Shown: one piece after another, positions 18,778 through 30,200 of the stretch
Layout: every line of letters begins with the position of its first letter
Numbering within the stretch: the stretch's first letter is position 1
NCBI GenBank assembly: GCA_965197645.1
Contig: OZ240219.1
Location: 2,720,001 to 2,784,000 of the forward strand
Direction: 5' to 3'
Origin: Dehalococcoidia bacterium
GTDB taxonomy: Bacteria; Chloroflexota; Dehalococcoidia; Plut-88900
Length of the DNA: 64,000 nt
The notes under the pieces: generated by a model
The model's database searches: none
The model's input: the letters and a program-made list of their open reading frames with translations, nothing else
Told to the model about the DNA's origin: nothing
Position numbers and translations under genes: made by a program

Positions 18778-20030
18778 CTCGACTCCTGGCTGCAAACGTC
18801 CAGGGCTGTGAGGGCCAGCACCCTGGCGCACGTGGTCATTTCGCTGATGGAGATGTAGAACTCGTCTTCGTCCTCCGACGGAACGCCGAAGCCGCCGGCA
18901 GGTCCGTATAAGACGCAGGGGATGCCGGCCTCCCACATGTGGCTGGTATCGCCCGCAGAGTAGGCGAAGGGCAGGATAGCCCCAACGCCCTCGGGGGCCT
19001 CGCCGGTGACCTCCTCGTGGTGCCTAGCCACCGACTGGACGACGTATTCATCCGTCGGCACGTCTATGGGGGGCATGACCAGCCGCCTACGGCCCTTGAA
19101 GAAATCGGGCGGCGGTATCTCGATGTCGTAGCTCAGCTCCGGGTCCTCGGCCTTCAGCCGGTCAAGCGCCCTTCTGACATCGGCTACGATGCTTTCGACG
19201 GTCTGGCCCGGAAGGAAGTGGACGTCGACCATGATGGTGCACAGGTCGGGCACGTAGGGAGGCTCGTTCAGCACGTAGCCTTCGCCGCGACCGCCTATGA
19301 TGCTGCCCACGTTCAGCCTGGGCATTGCGGGCATGTCGTCACGGGGTGTGAAGGTGAACCGTACATCGTTCAGAGCCTGGACCACCTTCGCCATCTTTTG
19401 GACCGCGTTCACGGCCTCTTCCGCCATACTGATATGGCCCGTGATGCCGTAGGTATGTATTGCCATGTGCAGAATGCCGCTGTGAACGGTGGCCACTTTG
19501 CCGATGCCCGTCGGCTCGGGGAACACGGCCATGTCGGGCCTGGGGCCGTTCTGCACCAGGTGATATGTGCCCTCTCCACCCTGGGTCTCTCCCACGACGC
19601 AGGCGACGATCAGGTCTCCCTTTAGCCGCACATCCGACCGGCGCACCGCCTCCGCGGCCGCGATGAGGCTAGCGAGACCTCCCTTCATGTTCTCGACGCC
19701 TTGGCCATACAGCCGGTCGCCCTCCACCACCGGCGTCCACGGGTCCCGGGTCCACTGGCGGGGTAGGGAGTTGATATCGGTGTGGCCGTTGAGCATCAGG
19801 GACTTGCCGCCTCCCGAACCTTTCAGGGTGGCGATGGCCTGCAGGCGGCCCGCCTCCACCTCCTGGAGCTCCACTTCGTAGCCCCGCTCTCGAAAGTATC
19901 CGTCGAGGAACTCGGCGACGGGGGTCTCTTCCGTCTTGAAGCTGGGAATCTCTATGAGACGGAAGGCCAGGTCGATCATCGCCTGTTGGTCTACTCCGTC
20001 GAGAACGCTCTGTTTCGTCGGTTCGTCCAT
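18774..20030 (-). CDS. M20 family metallopeptidase/deacylase (ArgE/DapE-like)
   Basis: LMLNGHTD, LYGQG..NMKGG, VGE, PEPT, GH.S dimerisation domain. Confidence 0.88.
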   Translation of the reverse strand: MDEPTKQSVLDGVDQQAMIDLAFRLIEIPSFKTEETPVAEFLDGYFRERGYEVELQEVEAGRLQAIATLKGSGGGKSLMLNGHTDINSLPRQWTRDPWTPVVEGDRLYGQGVENMKGGLASLIAAAEAVRRSDVRLKGDLIVACVVGETQGGEGTYHLVQNGPRPDMAVFPEPTGIGKVATVHSGILHMAIHTYGITGHISMAEEAVNAVQKMAKVVQALNDVRFTFTPRDDMPAMPRLNVGSIIGGRGEGYVLNEPPYVPDLCTIMVDVHFLPGQTVESIVADVRRALDRLKAEDPELSYDIEIPPPDFFKGRRRLVMPPIDVPTDEYVVQSVARHHEEVTGEAPEGVGAILPFAYSAGDTSHMWEAGIPCVLYGPAGGFGVPSEDEDEFYISISEMTTCARVLALTALDVCSQESS

Positions 20031-20162
20031 CGGGACACCTCGCTTGGGTTGATAGTCTCGATCGACATTTTACTCCATCTCGGCAGTCACCCACGTTGTC
20101 AACGGAAACAGGCCGTTATGTTGAATGTCGGAAACGACGTTCACCGTCGTCTTGCACCCGCG

Positions 20163-20191
20163 TTGACCGGATAACATACCCTGGATATACT
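20163..20191 (+). promoter_or_regulatory. Sigma70-type promoter upstream of the DHDPS-family gene
   Basis: TTGACC-N17-TATACT, followed by a GGGAGGGG RBS. Confidence 0.65.
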
Positions 20192-20219
20192 TGCCGCATC
20201 CTGCCATGGGAGGGGATGT

Positions 20220-21143
20220 ATGGCTAGAGCGAAAGTAGACTGGCACGGCTCCTTTGCAGTTATCGTAACCCCCTTTACCGAAGACGGTGACATCGATGAA
20301 GCCGGCTATCGAAAGGTGGTCGATCTGGTGATCGAGGCCGGGTGCCACGGCATCATCTCGGCCGGCAGCACGGGCGAGTTCTTCCTTATGACCCACGACG
20401 AGCGAAAACGGGTCTTTTCCATCGCCGTGGACGAGTCCGCCGGCCGCATACCGGTGCTGGCCGGCACCTCGGCCACCCGCACCTCCGATATCATCGATAT
20501 GAACCGCTCGGCCCTGGAGATAGGCTGTGCCGGGGCGATGATTCTGCCTCCTATCTACATCGGCATCGAAGAGCGGGAACTGCTTACCTACTATCGAAGC
20601 ATCGCCGAGAGCTCGGACCTCCCCATCATGCTCTACAACAGCCCCGAAGCCGTAAGCAACTATCTCAGGCCTCACGTAGTCCGGGAGCTTATGGACCTGG
20701 ACACCGTTGTGGCTATCAAGGACTCCTCCCTCGATCTGCGCCAGCTCAACGATTTGGTGAGGTTCTGCGGCGACGAGATCCGTATTTTCATCGGTCTCGA
20801 GGACCTGCTGCTTTCCGCCCTGGCGGTAGGTGCCGTGGGGGCGGTGGCAATGATGCCCCAGGTGATCGGCCGCATCGCCGTCGACCTGTACGAGCTGGCG
20901 GCAGCCGGCGACTGGGAGGCCGCGAGGAAGGTCCACGACAAGATGGTCCGCACCTACGACCTGTTCAACGTCGGCAGCGGCTACATCGCTATCAAGGAGT
21001 CCATGAACCTGCTTGGCAAGCCGGGAGGCTTCTCCAGACCGCCAATGCTGATGTTCACCGACGAACAGAAGGCCCAACTGCGAGAGATTCTCGAAGACGT
21101 GGGACTGCTGGGCCCCTCCGCCGTAAAGGCAGCCGCTTCTTAA
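20220..21143 (+). CDS. Dihydrodipicolinate synthase/N-acetylneuraminate lyase family protein
   Basis: VTPF, GSTGEF, MLYNSP, AIKDSS (Schiff-base Lys). Confidence 0.92.
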   Translation: MARAKVDWHGSFAVIVTPFTEDGDIDEAGYRKVVDLVIEAGCHGIISAGSTGEFFLMTHDERKRVFSIAVDESAGRIPVLAGTSATRTSDIIDMNRSALEIGCAGAMILPPIYIGIEERELLTYYRSIAESSDLPIMLYNSPEAVSNYLRPHVVRELMDLDTVVAIKDSSLDLRQLNDLVRFCGDEIRIFIGLEDLLLSALAVGAVGAVAMMPQVIGRIAVDLYELAAAGDWEAARKVHDKMVRTYDLFNVGSGYIAIKESMNLLGKPGGFSRPPMLMFTDEQKAQLREILEDVGLLGPSAVKAAAS

Positions 21144-21159
21144 GGGCTGGACCGTACCC

Positions 21160-22239
21160 ATGGCCGACACACCCGAAACCCGTACAGCCCATCCCTATCA
21201 TATGCACGATTCCATCTCCGACCAACCCGAGGCAATCGCACGGGTGCTGGGGAGCCAGAGCGACGCAGCCCAGGAGTTGGCCAATCGGATATCGATGGCT
21301 GACCGGGTCCACCTAGTCGGCATCGGGACCTCCTGGCACGCCTCGCTGATCGGAGAGCACCTGTTGAGGGAGGTTGGCGATCAACGGGATGCCCGGGCCT
21401 GGAACTCGTTCGAGTTCCGCGCATATCCCCCCACCCTCACCGACCGGGACCTGGTCATCGTCATGGCTCACACGGGCACTACCACCTACTCCAACGAGTC
21501 CCTGGCCTACGCTCGAGAGTCGGGGGCCGTGACGGCCCTGGTAACCGGGCTGGACTCCAAGGCGGACTTGGCCCTCGCCGACGTTGTGCTGCGCACCAGC
21601 TACGGAGAGAGGTCGGCCGCCTATACCGTTAGCCATACAGCGGCGATGACTGCTCTAGCCATGGTTGCTGCCAGGCTGTCGGGTGACGCGGAAGTGCTTT
21701 CGGACCTTGAGAAGCTGCCTTCGCTGGTCGAATCGGCCCTCGCACTGGAACCGGAAGTCCAGCAGGTGGCCAGGAAGTATGACGATATGCGTTGGTACGC
21801 ATTCGCGGGTCCCGGCGCCAACGCTGTCACCGCCTACGAGATAGCCCTCAAGATCAACGAGGCGGCCTACGCCATAACCACGGCATACCAGTTGGAACAG
21901 TACCTCCACGGCCCCTTCGTAGCCACTACGGAAGGATGTCTGGTAACCCTGGTCACACCGCCCGGTCCCGGCGTCGATCGGTCCAACGAGATAGCCAAGG
22001 CGGTGAAGGAGACGGGGGCCGAGCTACTGGTAGTCCAGGAGTACGGGCCCGGCGAAATAGAAGCGGCGGATGCGCGACTGAAGCTGCTCCCAACACCCGA
22101 CTTTCTTACACCCATCGTCTATCTCGTCCCGCTGCAGCTGTTGACCTACTGGCTGGCCGTGGAGCGGGGCCACAACCCCGATACGTTTAGAATGGACTAC
22201 GCCACCCACGACGCCGCCCTCAAGCATACCGTCCTCTAA
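21160..22239 (+). CDS. SIS-domain sugar-phosphate isomerase/deaminase (GlmS C-terminal-like)
   Basis: I..QP, G.GTS.HA, E.ALKI.E, HGP, G.NPD. There is no glutaminase domain. Confidence 0.88.
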   Translation: MADTPETRTAHPYHMHDSISDQPEAIARVLGSQSDAAQELANRISMADRVHLVGIGTSWHASLIGEHLLREVGDQRDARAWNSFEFRAYPPTLTDRDLVIVMAHTGTTTYSNESLAYARESGAVTALVTGLDSKADLALADVVLRTSYGERSAAYTVSHTAAMTALAMVAARLSGDAEVLSDLEKLPSLVESALALEPEVQQVARKYDDMRWYAFAGPGANAVTAYEIALKINEAAYAITTAYQLEQYLHGPFVATTEGCLVTLVTPPGPGVDRSNEIAKAVKETGAELLVVQEYGPGEIEAADARLKLLPTPDFLTPIVYLVPLQLLTYWLAVERGHNPDTFRMDYATHDAALKHTVL

Positions 22240-22248
22240 CCCCAAGCT

Positions 22249-24840
22249 ATGCCAGGCACAGCCACAGTACCACCGCTGGCTCCCTATCGAGTACTAGACC
22301 TCACCGAGGGAGGCGTCAACTGGTGCGGCAGGGTCCTGGCGGACCTCGGCGCCGACGTAATCAAGGTCGAACCTCCGGGAGGCAGCCCAACCAGGCGCAC
22401 CGGTCCCTTCTACGGCGGGAAACCCGATTCGGAGCGAAGCCTCTTCTGGTACGCCTACTGCCTCAACAAGCGAAGCCTCACCATGAACCTGGAAAGCCGG
22501 GACGGACAGGAGGTGTTCAAGAAGCTGGCCGCCACCGCAGACATAGTCCTGGAGTCCTTCACACCGGGATACATGGCTGATCTAGGGTTGGGCTACGGCG
22601 ACCTCAGCAGCATCAACCAGGGACTGGTCATGACCTCCGTAACACCCTTCGGGCAGACGGGGCCCTACTCTCAATACAAGGCCACCGATATCGTAACCTG
22701 GGCCATGGGCGGCATGGAGTACCTCACCGGCGATAGAGACCGTCCTCCGGTGCGAATCAGCTACCCCCAATCCCAGTTTCACGCCGGTGGTCAAGCCGCC
22801 GCCGGCTCGATGATCGCTCTCTGGCACCGCAACAACACGGGCGAGGGACAGCACGTCGATGTCCCCATAGAAGTTGCCGTCATCTGGACTCTCATGGATG
22901 CCAGCCCCTATCCTCCCCTCCACAAGGTCAACATGGAGCGGGCGGGCATCTACAACTACTTCAAGAACGTCGATATGCGCTCAGCGTTTCCCTGCAAGGA
23001 CGGTTACGTCAGCGCCAGCATCTGGGAAGGTTCGACCTTGGCTGCCCTCGTCCAATGGATGGACGGAGAAGGAGTGCTGCCGGATCGACTGCGGGGCATG
23101 GACCCTCTTTCCTGGGACCTCTCCGATCAGGTCGAAAAGGGGGAAGACGTAGCCACCTTTGTCGGCAGCATCGAAGGGGACGTGATCGATTTCTTCGCCG
23201 ACAAGACCAAGGCCGAGCTGTTCGACCGGGCGATAGAGAACCGTATGCTGCTGACCCCTTGCAATACCGTCGAAGACGTCGCTGAGGACGTCCAGCTGAA
23301 GGCCCGGGACTTCTGGCTAGACGTCTATCACCCGGAGCTGGGCGCCAACGTGACCCATCTGGGTCCCTACATCAAGCTGGGAGAGACGCCACTCCAGATA
23401 CGGCGACGGGCGCCCCTCATCGGCGAGCATAACATCGAAATATATTCCGATGAGATGGGCCTACCCGTCGAGCAGATACGTCATGCCACCAGGCCTTCGC
23501 CACCATCCCAGGTTTCCGGAACGCGCTCTCGGCGCAGGAAGGCCGACATCCCCGTGCCAGGTGGCGCCACCGCCGGCGTTTCCAGGGCCTTCGAAGGAAT
23601 CAAGGTGCTGGACTTCACCTGGATCGGTGTTGGGCCGGTGACCATCAAGTACATGGCTGACCATGGGGCCACCGTCGTACACGTAGAATCGGTAACCCGA
23701 CCGGACGGGCTGCGCACCGCTCCTCCGTACAAAGACGGTAAGCGAGGCATCAACCGAAGCCAGTTTGCCGGCAACTTCAACTCCAACAAGCTCGGCCTGG
23801 GCTTGAACATGGCCAAGCCGGAGGCCCAGGAGCTCATCAGAAAGCTGGTGGCGGATTGGCAGCCGGACGTCGTCGCAGACACCTTTACGCCCCGGGTCAT
23901 GAAGAACTGGGGGTTGGACTACGAAAGCCTGAAGAAGATCAAGCCGGATATCATCTGCTTCAGCGCCTGCCAGCAGGGCCAGACCGGCCCTCATCGCAAG
24001 TTCGCCGGCTTTGGCATGCAAGCGGCGGCCATGGCCGGGTTCTATCACGTCACCGGCTGGCCTGACCGGGAGCTCTCCGTACCCTATGGCGCCTACTCCG
24101 ATTTCATCAATCCCCCCAACGGCATCTCAGCGATCTGCGCCGCACTGGACTACAAGAGACGGACCGGCAAGGGCCAGCGTATCGACCTGTCCCAATTCGA
24201 GTGCTCCACCCACTACCTGGCACCGCCGATAATGGACTACCTGCTCACCGGTAACATTCTCGGTCGAAATGGAAACCGGGACGAGGTGTACTGCCCTCAC
24301 GGCGCCTACCCGTGCAGAGATAAAGAGTTTTCCTTTGACGGTCAGAAGGTAGCCAAGATAGGCGGGGCTTGGTGCGCTATATCGATTACCTCCGATGAGG
24401 AGTGGCAGGCGCTCTGCGACGCCATGGACAACCCGGCCTGGACCACGGATTCTCGCTTCTCCTCCTTTCTCAATCGCAAGAAGAACGAGGACGAGCTAAA
24501 CCGGCTGATCGGCGAATGGACGGCCAACTACGAGGCCCGGCCTTTGATGGAGATGCTCCAGGAGGCCGGGGTGCCCGCCGGGGTGGTACAGAGCCAATCG
24601 GAGCTGTGGGAAGATCCCCAGCTAAAGCATAGGGAGTATTTCCAGTGGCTCGACCACACCGAGTGCGGCCCCATGCCCTACGATGGCCTCCAGTTCCACA
24701 TGTCCAAGACCCCCGGCAGGCTGCTGAAAGCCCAGGCCCTCATCGGCGAGCACAACGATATGATACTGAAGGAGTTCGCCGGTCTGTCCGACGACGAGAT
24801 AGCTCAGCTCATCATCGACGAGGTGCTGGAGACCTCTTGA
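22249..24840 (+). CDS. Class III (CaiB/BaiF) CoA-transferase with two fused domains
   Basis: Two domains: RVLDL...LADLGADVIKVEPPGG and GIKVLDFTW...MADHGA.V..VE; each ends with IGEHN. Confidence 0.93.
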   Translation: MPGTATVPPLAPYRVLDLTEGGVNWCGRVLADLGADVIKVEPPGGSPTRRTGPFYGGKPDSERSLFWYAYCLNKRSLTMNLESRDGQEVFKKLAATADIVLESFTPGYMADLGLGYGDLSSINQGLVMTSVTPFGQTGPYSQYKATDIVTWAMGGMEYLTGDRDRPPVRISYPQSQFHAGGQAAAGSMIALWHRNNTGEGQHVDVPIEVAVIWTLMDASPYPPLHKVNMERAGIYNYFKNVDMRSAFPCKDGYVSASIWEGSTLAALVQWMDGEGVLPDRLRGMDPLSWDLSDQVEKGEDVATFVGSIEGDVIDFFADKTKAELFDRAIENRMLLTPCNTVEDVAEDVQLKARDFWLDVYHPELGANVTHLGPYIKLGETPLQIRRRAPLIGEHNIEIYSDEMGLPVEQIRHATRPSPPSQVSGTRSRRRKADIPVPGGATAGVSRAFEGIKVLDFTWIGVGPVTIKYMADHGATVVHVESVTRPDGLRTAPPYKDGKRGINRSQFAGNFNSNKLGLGLNMAKPEAQELIRKLVADWQPDVVADTFTPRVMKNWGLDYESLKKIKPDIICFSACQQGQTGPHRKFAGFGMQAAAMAGFYHVTGWPDRELSVPYGAYSDFINPPNGISAICAALDYKRRTGKGQRIDLSQFECSTHYLAPPIMDYLLTGNILGRNGNRDEVYCPHGAYPCRDKEFSFDGQKVAKIGGAWCAISITSDEEWQALCDAMDNPAWTTDSRFSSFLNRKKNEDELNRLIGEWTANYEARPLMEMLQEAGVPAGVVQSQSELWEDPQLKHREYFQWLDHTECGPMPYDGLQFHMSKTPGRLLKAQALIGEHNDMILKEFAGLSDDEIAQLIIDEVLETS

Positions 24841-25005
24841 GACCAGCCCCCTCGTCCATGCCGCATCCCCTTCTACCGGGACATCCGCGGCGGCAACAGA
24901 GCAACCACCCATACGCCATAACCTAAAGCGAGACGACCAGGGAAGAGGACGGGCGGATAGTAGTACAATAGTCGTCGCTTCGGAGTACCAAAGCAAGGAC
25001 CACAG

Positions 25006-26628
25006 ATGCGACCCATAGCCGAAATAGCCGAAAAATTCGGCCTGGACCCCAAGCTGGTCATCCCTTACGGGCACTACAAGGCCAAGGTTCCCCTCGAAGC
25101 CATCCACACTGGAGGCCATCGGGGTAAGCTGGTGGTCGTAACCGGCATCACGCCCACCCGGGCAGGCGAGGGCAAGACCACCACGACCGCCGGTCTAACC
25201 CAGGGCCTGGGAAAGCTGGGCAAGAACGTCGCGGCGACGCTGAGGGAGCCTTCCCTCGGCCCTATCTTCGGCATCAAAGGGGGCGGCACGGGCGGCGGCA
25301 AGGCACTGATCCTACCCGAGGACGAGATCAACGTCCATTTCACCGGAGATGCCCACGCCGTCGGCTCGGCCCATAATCTGCTGTCTTCGCTGGCGGACAA
25401 CGCGGTTCAACGGGGCCAAATCGAGGGGATGGAGGCGGCGGGGCTCACCTGGCGCCGGGTAACCGACGTCGAGGACCGCGCCCTGCGCTCCATCATGACC
25501 GGCATCGGAGGAACCCCGAACGCTCCGGTGCGAGAGACTGGCTTCGACATCGTCACCGCGTCCGAGATCATGGCCGTGCTGGCGTTATCCTGGGACCTGG
25601 AGAACTTGAGGTCCCGCCTGAAACGAATAGTGGTCGGGTTCACCCGGGACGGCACTCCGGTAACCGCCGAGGATGTCAACGCCGTAGGCTCGATGATGTC
25701 CCTCTTGCGGTACGCCATCCAACCCAACCTCGTCCAGACCGGCGAGGGCCAGCCGGTGCTGGTGCACACCGGGCCTTTCGGTAACATAGCGCACGGTTGC
25801 AGCTCGGTGGTAGCCGACAGGCTGGCCCTGGGCTACGCCGACTACGTCCTCACCGAGGCTGGCTTCGGCGCCGACCTGGGATTCGAGAAGTTCATGCACA
25901 TCAAGGCCCGGTTCAATCAGCTGGAACCCCATGCCGCCGTGCTGGTGGCATCGGTCAGGGCGCTGAAGTCCCATGGCGGCGTCCGGGTGAAAGAGCTGGG
26001 CGTTCCAAATGCCGATGCGGTCCGAAAGGGCACGCCTAACCTGGAGCACCTCATCGGCGTGATCCGCTCATTCGGTCTGCCGGTCGTCGTGGCCATCAAC
26101 GAATTCCCCACCGATACACCCGATGAGATAGCCGCGGTCAAGGATGCAGCCGAGGGCGCCGGCGTGTACGCCGCCGTCGAAAGCCGCGGATTCACGGAGG
26201 GCGGGGCTGGTATGACCGACCTGGCGGAAGCTGTCATCGGCGCAACGGCCGGCTCCCCTCCCGATATCTCCTACCTATACCCGGAGGAAGCCCCTATAGA
26301 GGACAAGGTATCCGCCCTGGCCCGCAACGTCTACGCCGCAGATGACGCAGCCTGGAGCGCTCCGGCCAAGCGCCGGCTGAAGGGTTACGAGGAACTGGGG
26401 TGGGGAAAGCTGCCCGTCTGCATGGCGAAGACCCACCTCTCCATCTCCCATAACCCCAGGCTCAAGGGCAAACCTTCCGGCTACACCTTCGAGGTATCGG
26501 ACGTTCGGGCCTCTCCAGGCGCCGGGTTCATCTATCCCCTGGCCGGCGACATGGTGACGATGCCAGGCCTGCCGGGTACCCCCAGGGCGCTGGATGTAGA
26601 CGAGGCGGGCAACATCCTGGGCCTGTAG
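25006..26628 (+). CDS. fhs: Formate--tetrahydrofolate ligase
   Basis: TPT.AGEGKTTT, LREPSLGP.FGIKGG, HFTGD, GPFGNIAHGCSS, TEAGFGADLG.EKF, CMAKT, TMPGLP. Confidence 0.96.
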   Translation: MRPIAEIAEKFGLDPKLVIPYGHYKAKVPLEAIHTGGHRGKLVVVTGITPTRAGEGKTTTTAGLTQGLGKLGKNVAATLREPSLGPIFGIKGGGTGGGKALILPEDEINVHFTGDAHAVGSAHNLLSSLADNAVQRGQIEGMEAAGLTWRRVTDVEDRALRSIMTGIGGTPNAPVRETGFDIVTASEIMAVLALSWDLENLRSRLKRIVVGFTRDGTPVTAEDVNAVGSMMSLLRYAIQPNLVQTGEGQPVLVHTGPFGNIAHGCSSVVADRLALGYADYVLTEAGFGADLGFEKFMHIKARFNQLEPHAAVLVASVRALKSHGGVRVKELGVPNADAVRKGTPNLEHLIGVIRSFGLPVVVAINEFPTDTPDEIAAVKDAAEGAGVYAAVESRGFTEGGAGMTDLAEAVIGATAGSPPDISYLYPEEAPIEDKVSALARNVYAADDAAWSAPAKRRLKGYEELGWGKLPVCMAKTHLSISHNPRLKGKPSGYTFEVSDVRASPGAGFIYPLAGDMVTMPGLPGTPRALDVDEAGNILGL

Positions 26629-26630
26629 CG

Positions 26631-27257
26631 CTAGCCGGACTTGCCGACTACGGCGAATCCGTACTCCCGGGAAGCGTCCTCCAGCCAGCGGGCCAGGTAG
26701 TCGGCGAAACTGCGTCTCACGATAATATCGAAGGACGCCGTACCGTCTTCATCCTTAAGGGGACGTATTACCGCCGCCGTCTTGGCAAAGTTGGACTGGG
26801 CGCACAGGCCCGGCCCGAACACCCGGGGATGAAGGTCCAGGGAGCAGCCCTTGGAGAGCGCCTCTCGTGCGTTCCGGCCTCGAAGATTGATGACCGTCTG
26901 GCCGCCGCTCAGGTCGACAAGGGCGTAGAACCGGTCGCCCAGTGCGTTTCGAAGCGCCTCCTCTACGCCCGCCTGCTCGTCAGCGCCCGTCAGCAACAGC
27001 CACTCGTTGGGCCCCAGCCACAGGGCCGCAACCCGATCGCTTTCAGATACCACATTGGGCTCGATGGGCAGCCGTGCACCGGTTGCGGCCTCCACAGCCT
27101 CCAGGAAAGCAACGTCGGCGGGGTCGACTCTAAGGTTCAGATGTCCCAGAAAGGGGCGCTCGGAGAGCTGTACCCCGGCGCCGGCAGACTGGACCACGCC
27201 TTCGTGCCGAGCCATGAACTCCACCAGTGGCGACTCCAGGCGAGGGCCGTCAGTCAT
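26631..27257 (-). CDS. soxG: Sarcosine oxidase subunit gamma
   Basis: LWLGPNEWLL, KGCSLDLHPR.F, VRRSFADY. Start MTDGPRL overlaps the soxA stop. Confidence 0.93.
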   Translation of the reverse strand: MTDGPRLESPLVEFMARHEGVVQSAGAGVQLSERPFLGHLNLRVDPADVAFLEAVEAATGARLPIEPNVVSESDRVAALWLGPNEWLLLTGADEQAGVEEALRNALGDRFYALVDLSGGQTVINLRGRNAREALSKGCSLDLHPRVFGPGLCAQSNFAKTAAVIRPLKDEDGTASFDIIVRRSFADYLARWLEDASREYGFAVVGKSG

Positions 27258-30200
27258 CCTGCCGTTTCCTGTCCGGATCGTAGAACACCGGGCTGGCGAC
27301 AACCGCCGGAACGGCAGGGCCGTTCCCCTCGGATACGTACACCAGATCGCCCATGCGAGAGCGTCCGCCTTTGATGAGCGCCAAGGCGATCGAACGGCCC
27401 AGATAGGCGCTGTAGTAGGTAGAGGCAACGTGCCCTATCATGGGCACCGGCGCCGCACCGTTGGGGTCTTCGATCACCTGGCCTCCGTCGGGAAGCACCT
27501 CGCTGGGATTTTCCGTCAGAAGGCCCACCATCTGCTTCCGGTCCCATCTCACGGAATCGGGCCTGGACAGCGAGCGCTTGCCCAGAAAGTCCTTGCCCTT
27601 TGCTACTATCCAGTCCATGCCCAGGTCTATCGGATGAACCGATCCATCGGTGTCCTGGCCGACTATGATGAAGGCCTTCTCCGCCCTCAACTCGTGCATC
27701 GATTCGGTGCCGTAGGGCGCTATGCCCAGCTCTTCGCCTGCTTCGATAATCGACTCCCACACGTAGTGGCCGTAGTTGGCGTTGACGTTTACCTCGAAGG
27801 AGAGCTCCCCGGTGAAACTCACCCGGAAGACCCGTGCCGGGACGCCGGCCACCGTACCTTCTCGGAAGGACATGAATGGGAAGGCGTCGCGAGAGAAGTC
27901 TATGTCATCGCACAGCTTGGTAATCAGCCGCCTGCTGTTGGGGCCGACTATCGACATAGTGGCGAACTGATCGGTAACCGAGGTGAGATAGACCTTCAGC
28001 TCCGGCCACTCAGTCTGCAGCCACCTCTCCATCCACGACATCACGTTGGCCGCGCCGCCGGTGGTCGTATACATGAAGAAATGGTCCTCGGCGATCTTGC
28101 CCGTGACCCCATCGTCCATGACCATGCCATCCTCGCCCAACATCAGGCCGTATCGACAACGCCCAACGCCCAGCTTCTTCCAGCCGTTGGTGTAAATCCG
28201 GTTGAGGAACTCGGCGGAGTCCAGGCCCTGGATATCGATCTTGCCCAGGGTGGACTGGTCCAGCAGCCCTACGCTATTGCGGGCCGCCAGGCACTCCCGA
28301 TTGACGGCCTCGTTCATACTCTCGCCGTTCACCGGAAAGTACCAGGGCCGCTTCCACTGGCCTACGTTTTCAAAGGGAGCGCTGCGGGCTACGTGCCACG
28401 GGTGGATAGCCGTCTTTCGTACCGGGTCGGCCAGCTCACCCACGTTCCTTCCCGCGATCGCCCCCATGGTGACGGGTGTATAGGCGGGCCGGAAGGTGAT
28501 GCTTCCCACCGACTGGATCTCCTTCCCCAGGTGCTGGGCGAGAATTCCTATGCCGTTTACGTTGCCCAGCTTGCCCTGGTCTGTGCCGAAGCCCAGAGTG
28601 GTGTACCGATTGACCAGCTCCACCGAGTCGTAGCCTTCCAGGGCGGACAGCACGATGTCCGCCGCGCTCACGTCCTCCTGGAGATCAACGAACTGCTTGT
28701 GCTCTCTGGTGACCGGATGCCTGGACGGCACTCCCCACATGGCCTGGATAGGTCCCTGGTGAAACTCCGAAGTGGAAGGAGGTTCCGAGCTTACAGACCC
28801 GTCCCCGAATCCGGCGGCACGGGCAGCCTCAGCGCCGGCAACCGCTCCTTCGGCCAGGCATTGGGCCAGGGGAAATGCTCCGTTGCAAGCCCCGGCGGAC
28901 CGCTGGCCCACCACCGGCCCTTCGGGCACAAAGCAAGCGAGACCGGCATCGTAGCGGGTCGCGCCCCGGGACTGGCAGTGCAGGTGAACGGTGGGGTTCC
29001 ATCCCCCCGAGACCGCTACCAGGTCACATCGCAGCCTCCTGCTCCCGGGCTGTACCCTGCTCCCGGAAGGATCGAGCGGGGATATCTCCACGCCCGTCAC
29101 CCGCTTCTCCCCCTCCACGTCCGTAACGACGTGGCCATTGATGACCTCGATGCCCCGTTCCCGCACTTGCGAGACCAGGTCGCCAGCGGAATCGGAGCGC
29201 ACGTCCACCACAGCCCGCACGGTAATATCCGCATCCAGCATGTCTATTGCCGTCTGGTAAGCGGTATCGTTGTTGGCGAACACCACGGCTCGAGATCCCG
29301 GTTTGACACCATGTTTGTTTATGTAAACTGAAATAGCCGAGGCCTGCATCACCCCGGGACGGTCGTTGTTGGGGAACACCAGCGGCCGCTCGATGGCCCC
29401 TGCGGTCAGCACGACCTCCTTGGCGCGGACCCGCCACATCCGCTCTCGAGGCCCCCTTCTTTCTGCGGGCGGAAGGTGGTCGGTGCGCCGTTCCACGATG
29501 GCCAGGAAGTTGTGGTCGTAGTATCCGAAGACGGTGCTGCGAGGCAGCAGCCTCACCTCATCCATCGTCGAAAGCTCTTCGATGGCCGAGGCCACCCATT
29601 CCGAGGCGTGGGCGCCATCGATGAGCTCTTTGCCGGCCAGCAGGCTTCCCCCGAACTCGCTCTGTTCGTCGGCCAGGATAACCCGTGCGCCCGTTCTGCC
29701 CGCCTCCAGGGCTGCCGCCAGTCCGGCGGGCCCAGCCCCGACGACCAGAACGTCGCAGTGAGCGTTCATTCGGTCGTAGTAGTCGGGGTCCGGCTTTCGT
29801 GGAGACTCGCCGAGGCCGGCGGCCTTTCGGATGAAGGCTTCGTAGGTCTTCCACATCCCCTTGGGCCACATGAAGATCTTGTAGTAGAAGCCCGCGGGCA
29901 GGAACCGGGACAGGTGGCTGTTGACGGCGCCGATATCGTGCTCCACGCTGGGCCAGGAGTTGACGCTCCTAGCCTCGAGACCATCGTACAGCTCCACCTC
30001 GGTGGCACGAAGGTTGGGAATGGCCCGACCGCCCCGGCCGACCTGCAGAAGAGCGTTCGGCTCCTCCGCGCCGCTGCCCACAATCCCGCGAGGCCTGTGG
30101 TACTTGAAGCTTCGCCCCACCAGGTGGACCCCGTTGGCCAACAGCGCCGAGGCCACGGTGTCACCCTGATACCCTCGATACTCCTTGCCGTTGAAGCTAA

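Noticed and set aside
20099-20126. dif-like half site TTATGTTGAAT (a similar one lies at 17601)
   Set aside because: There is no XerC-like left arm at the right spacing.
24841-25005. ZTP or THF riboswitch upstream of fhs
   Set aside because: The conserved aptamer motifs were not found by eye.
27007-29331. 774-aa plus-strand ORF and similar long antisense ORFs (4991..6385, 7370..8428, 30557..31786, 44163..45602)
   Set aside because: They mirror well-supported genes on the opposite strand, have no motifs, and are expected in high-GC DNA.
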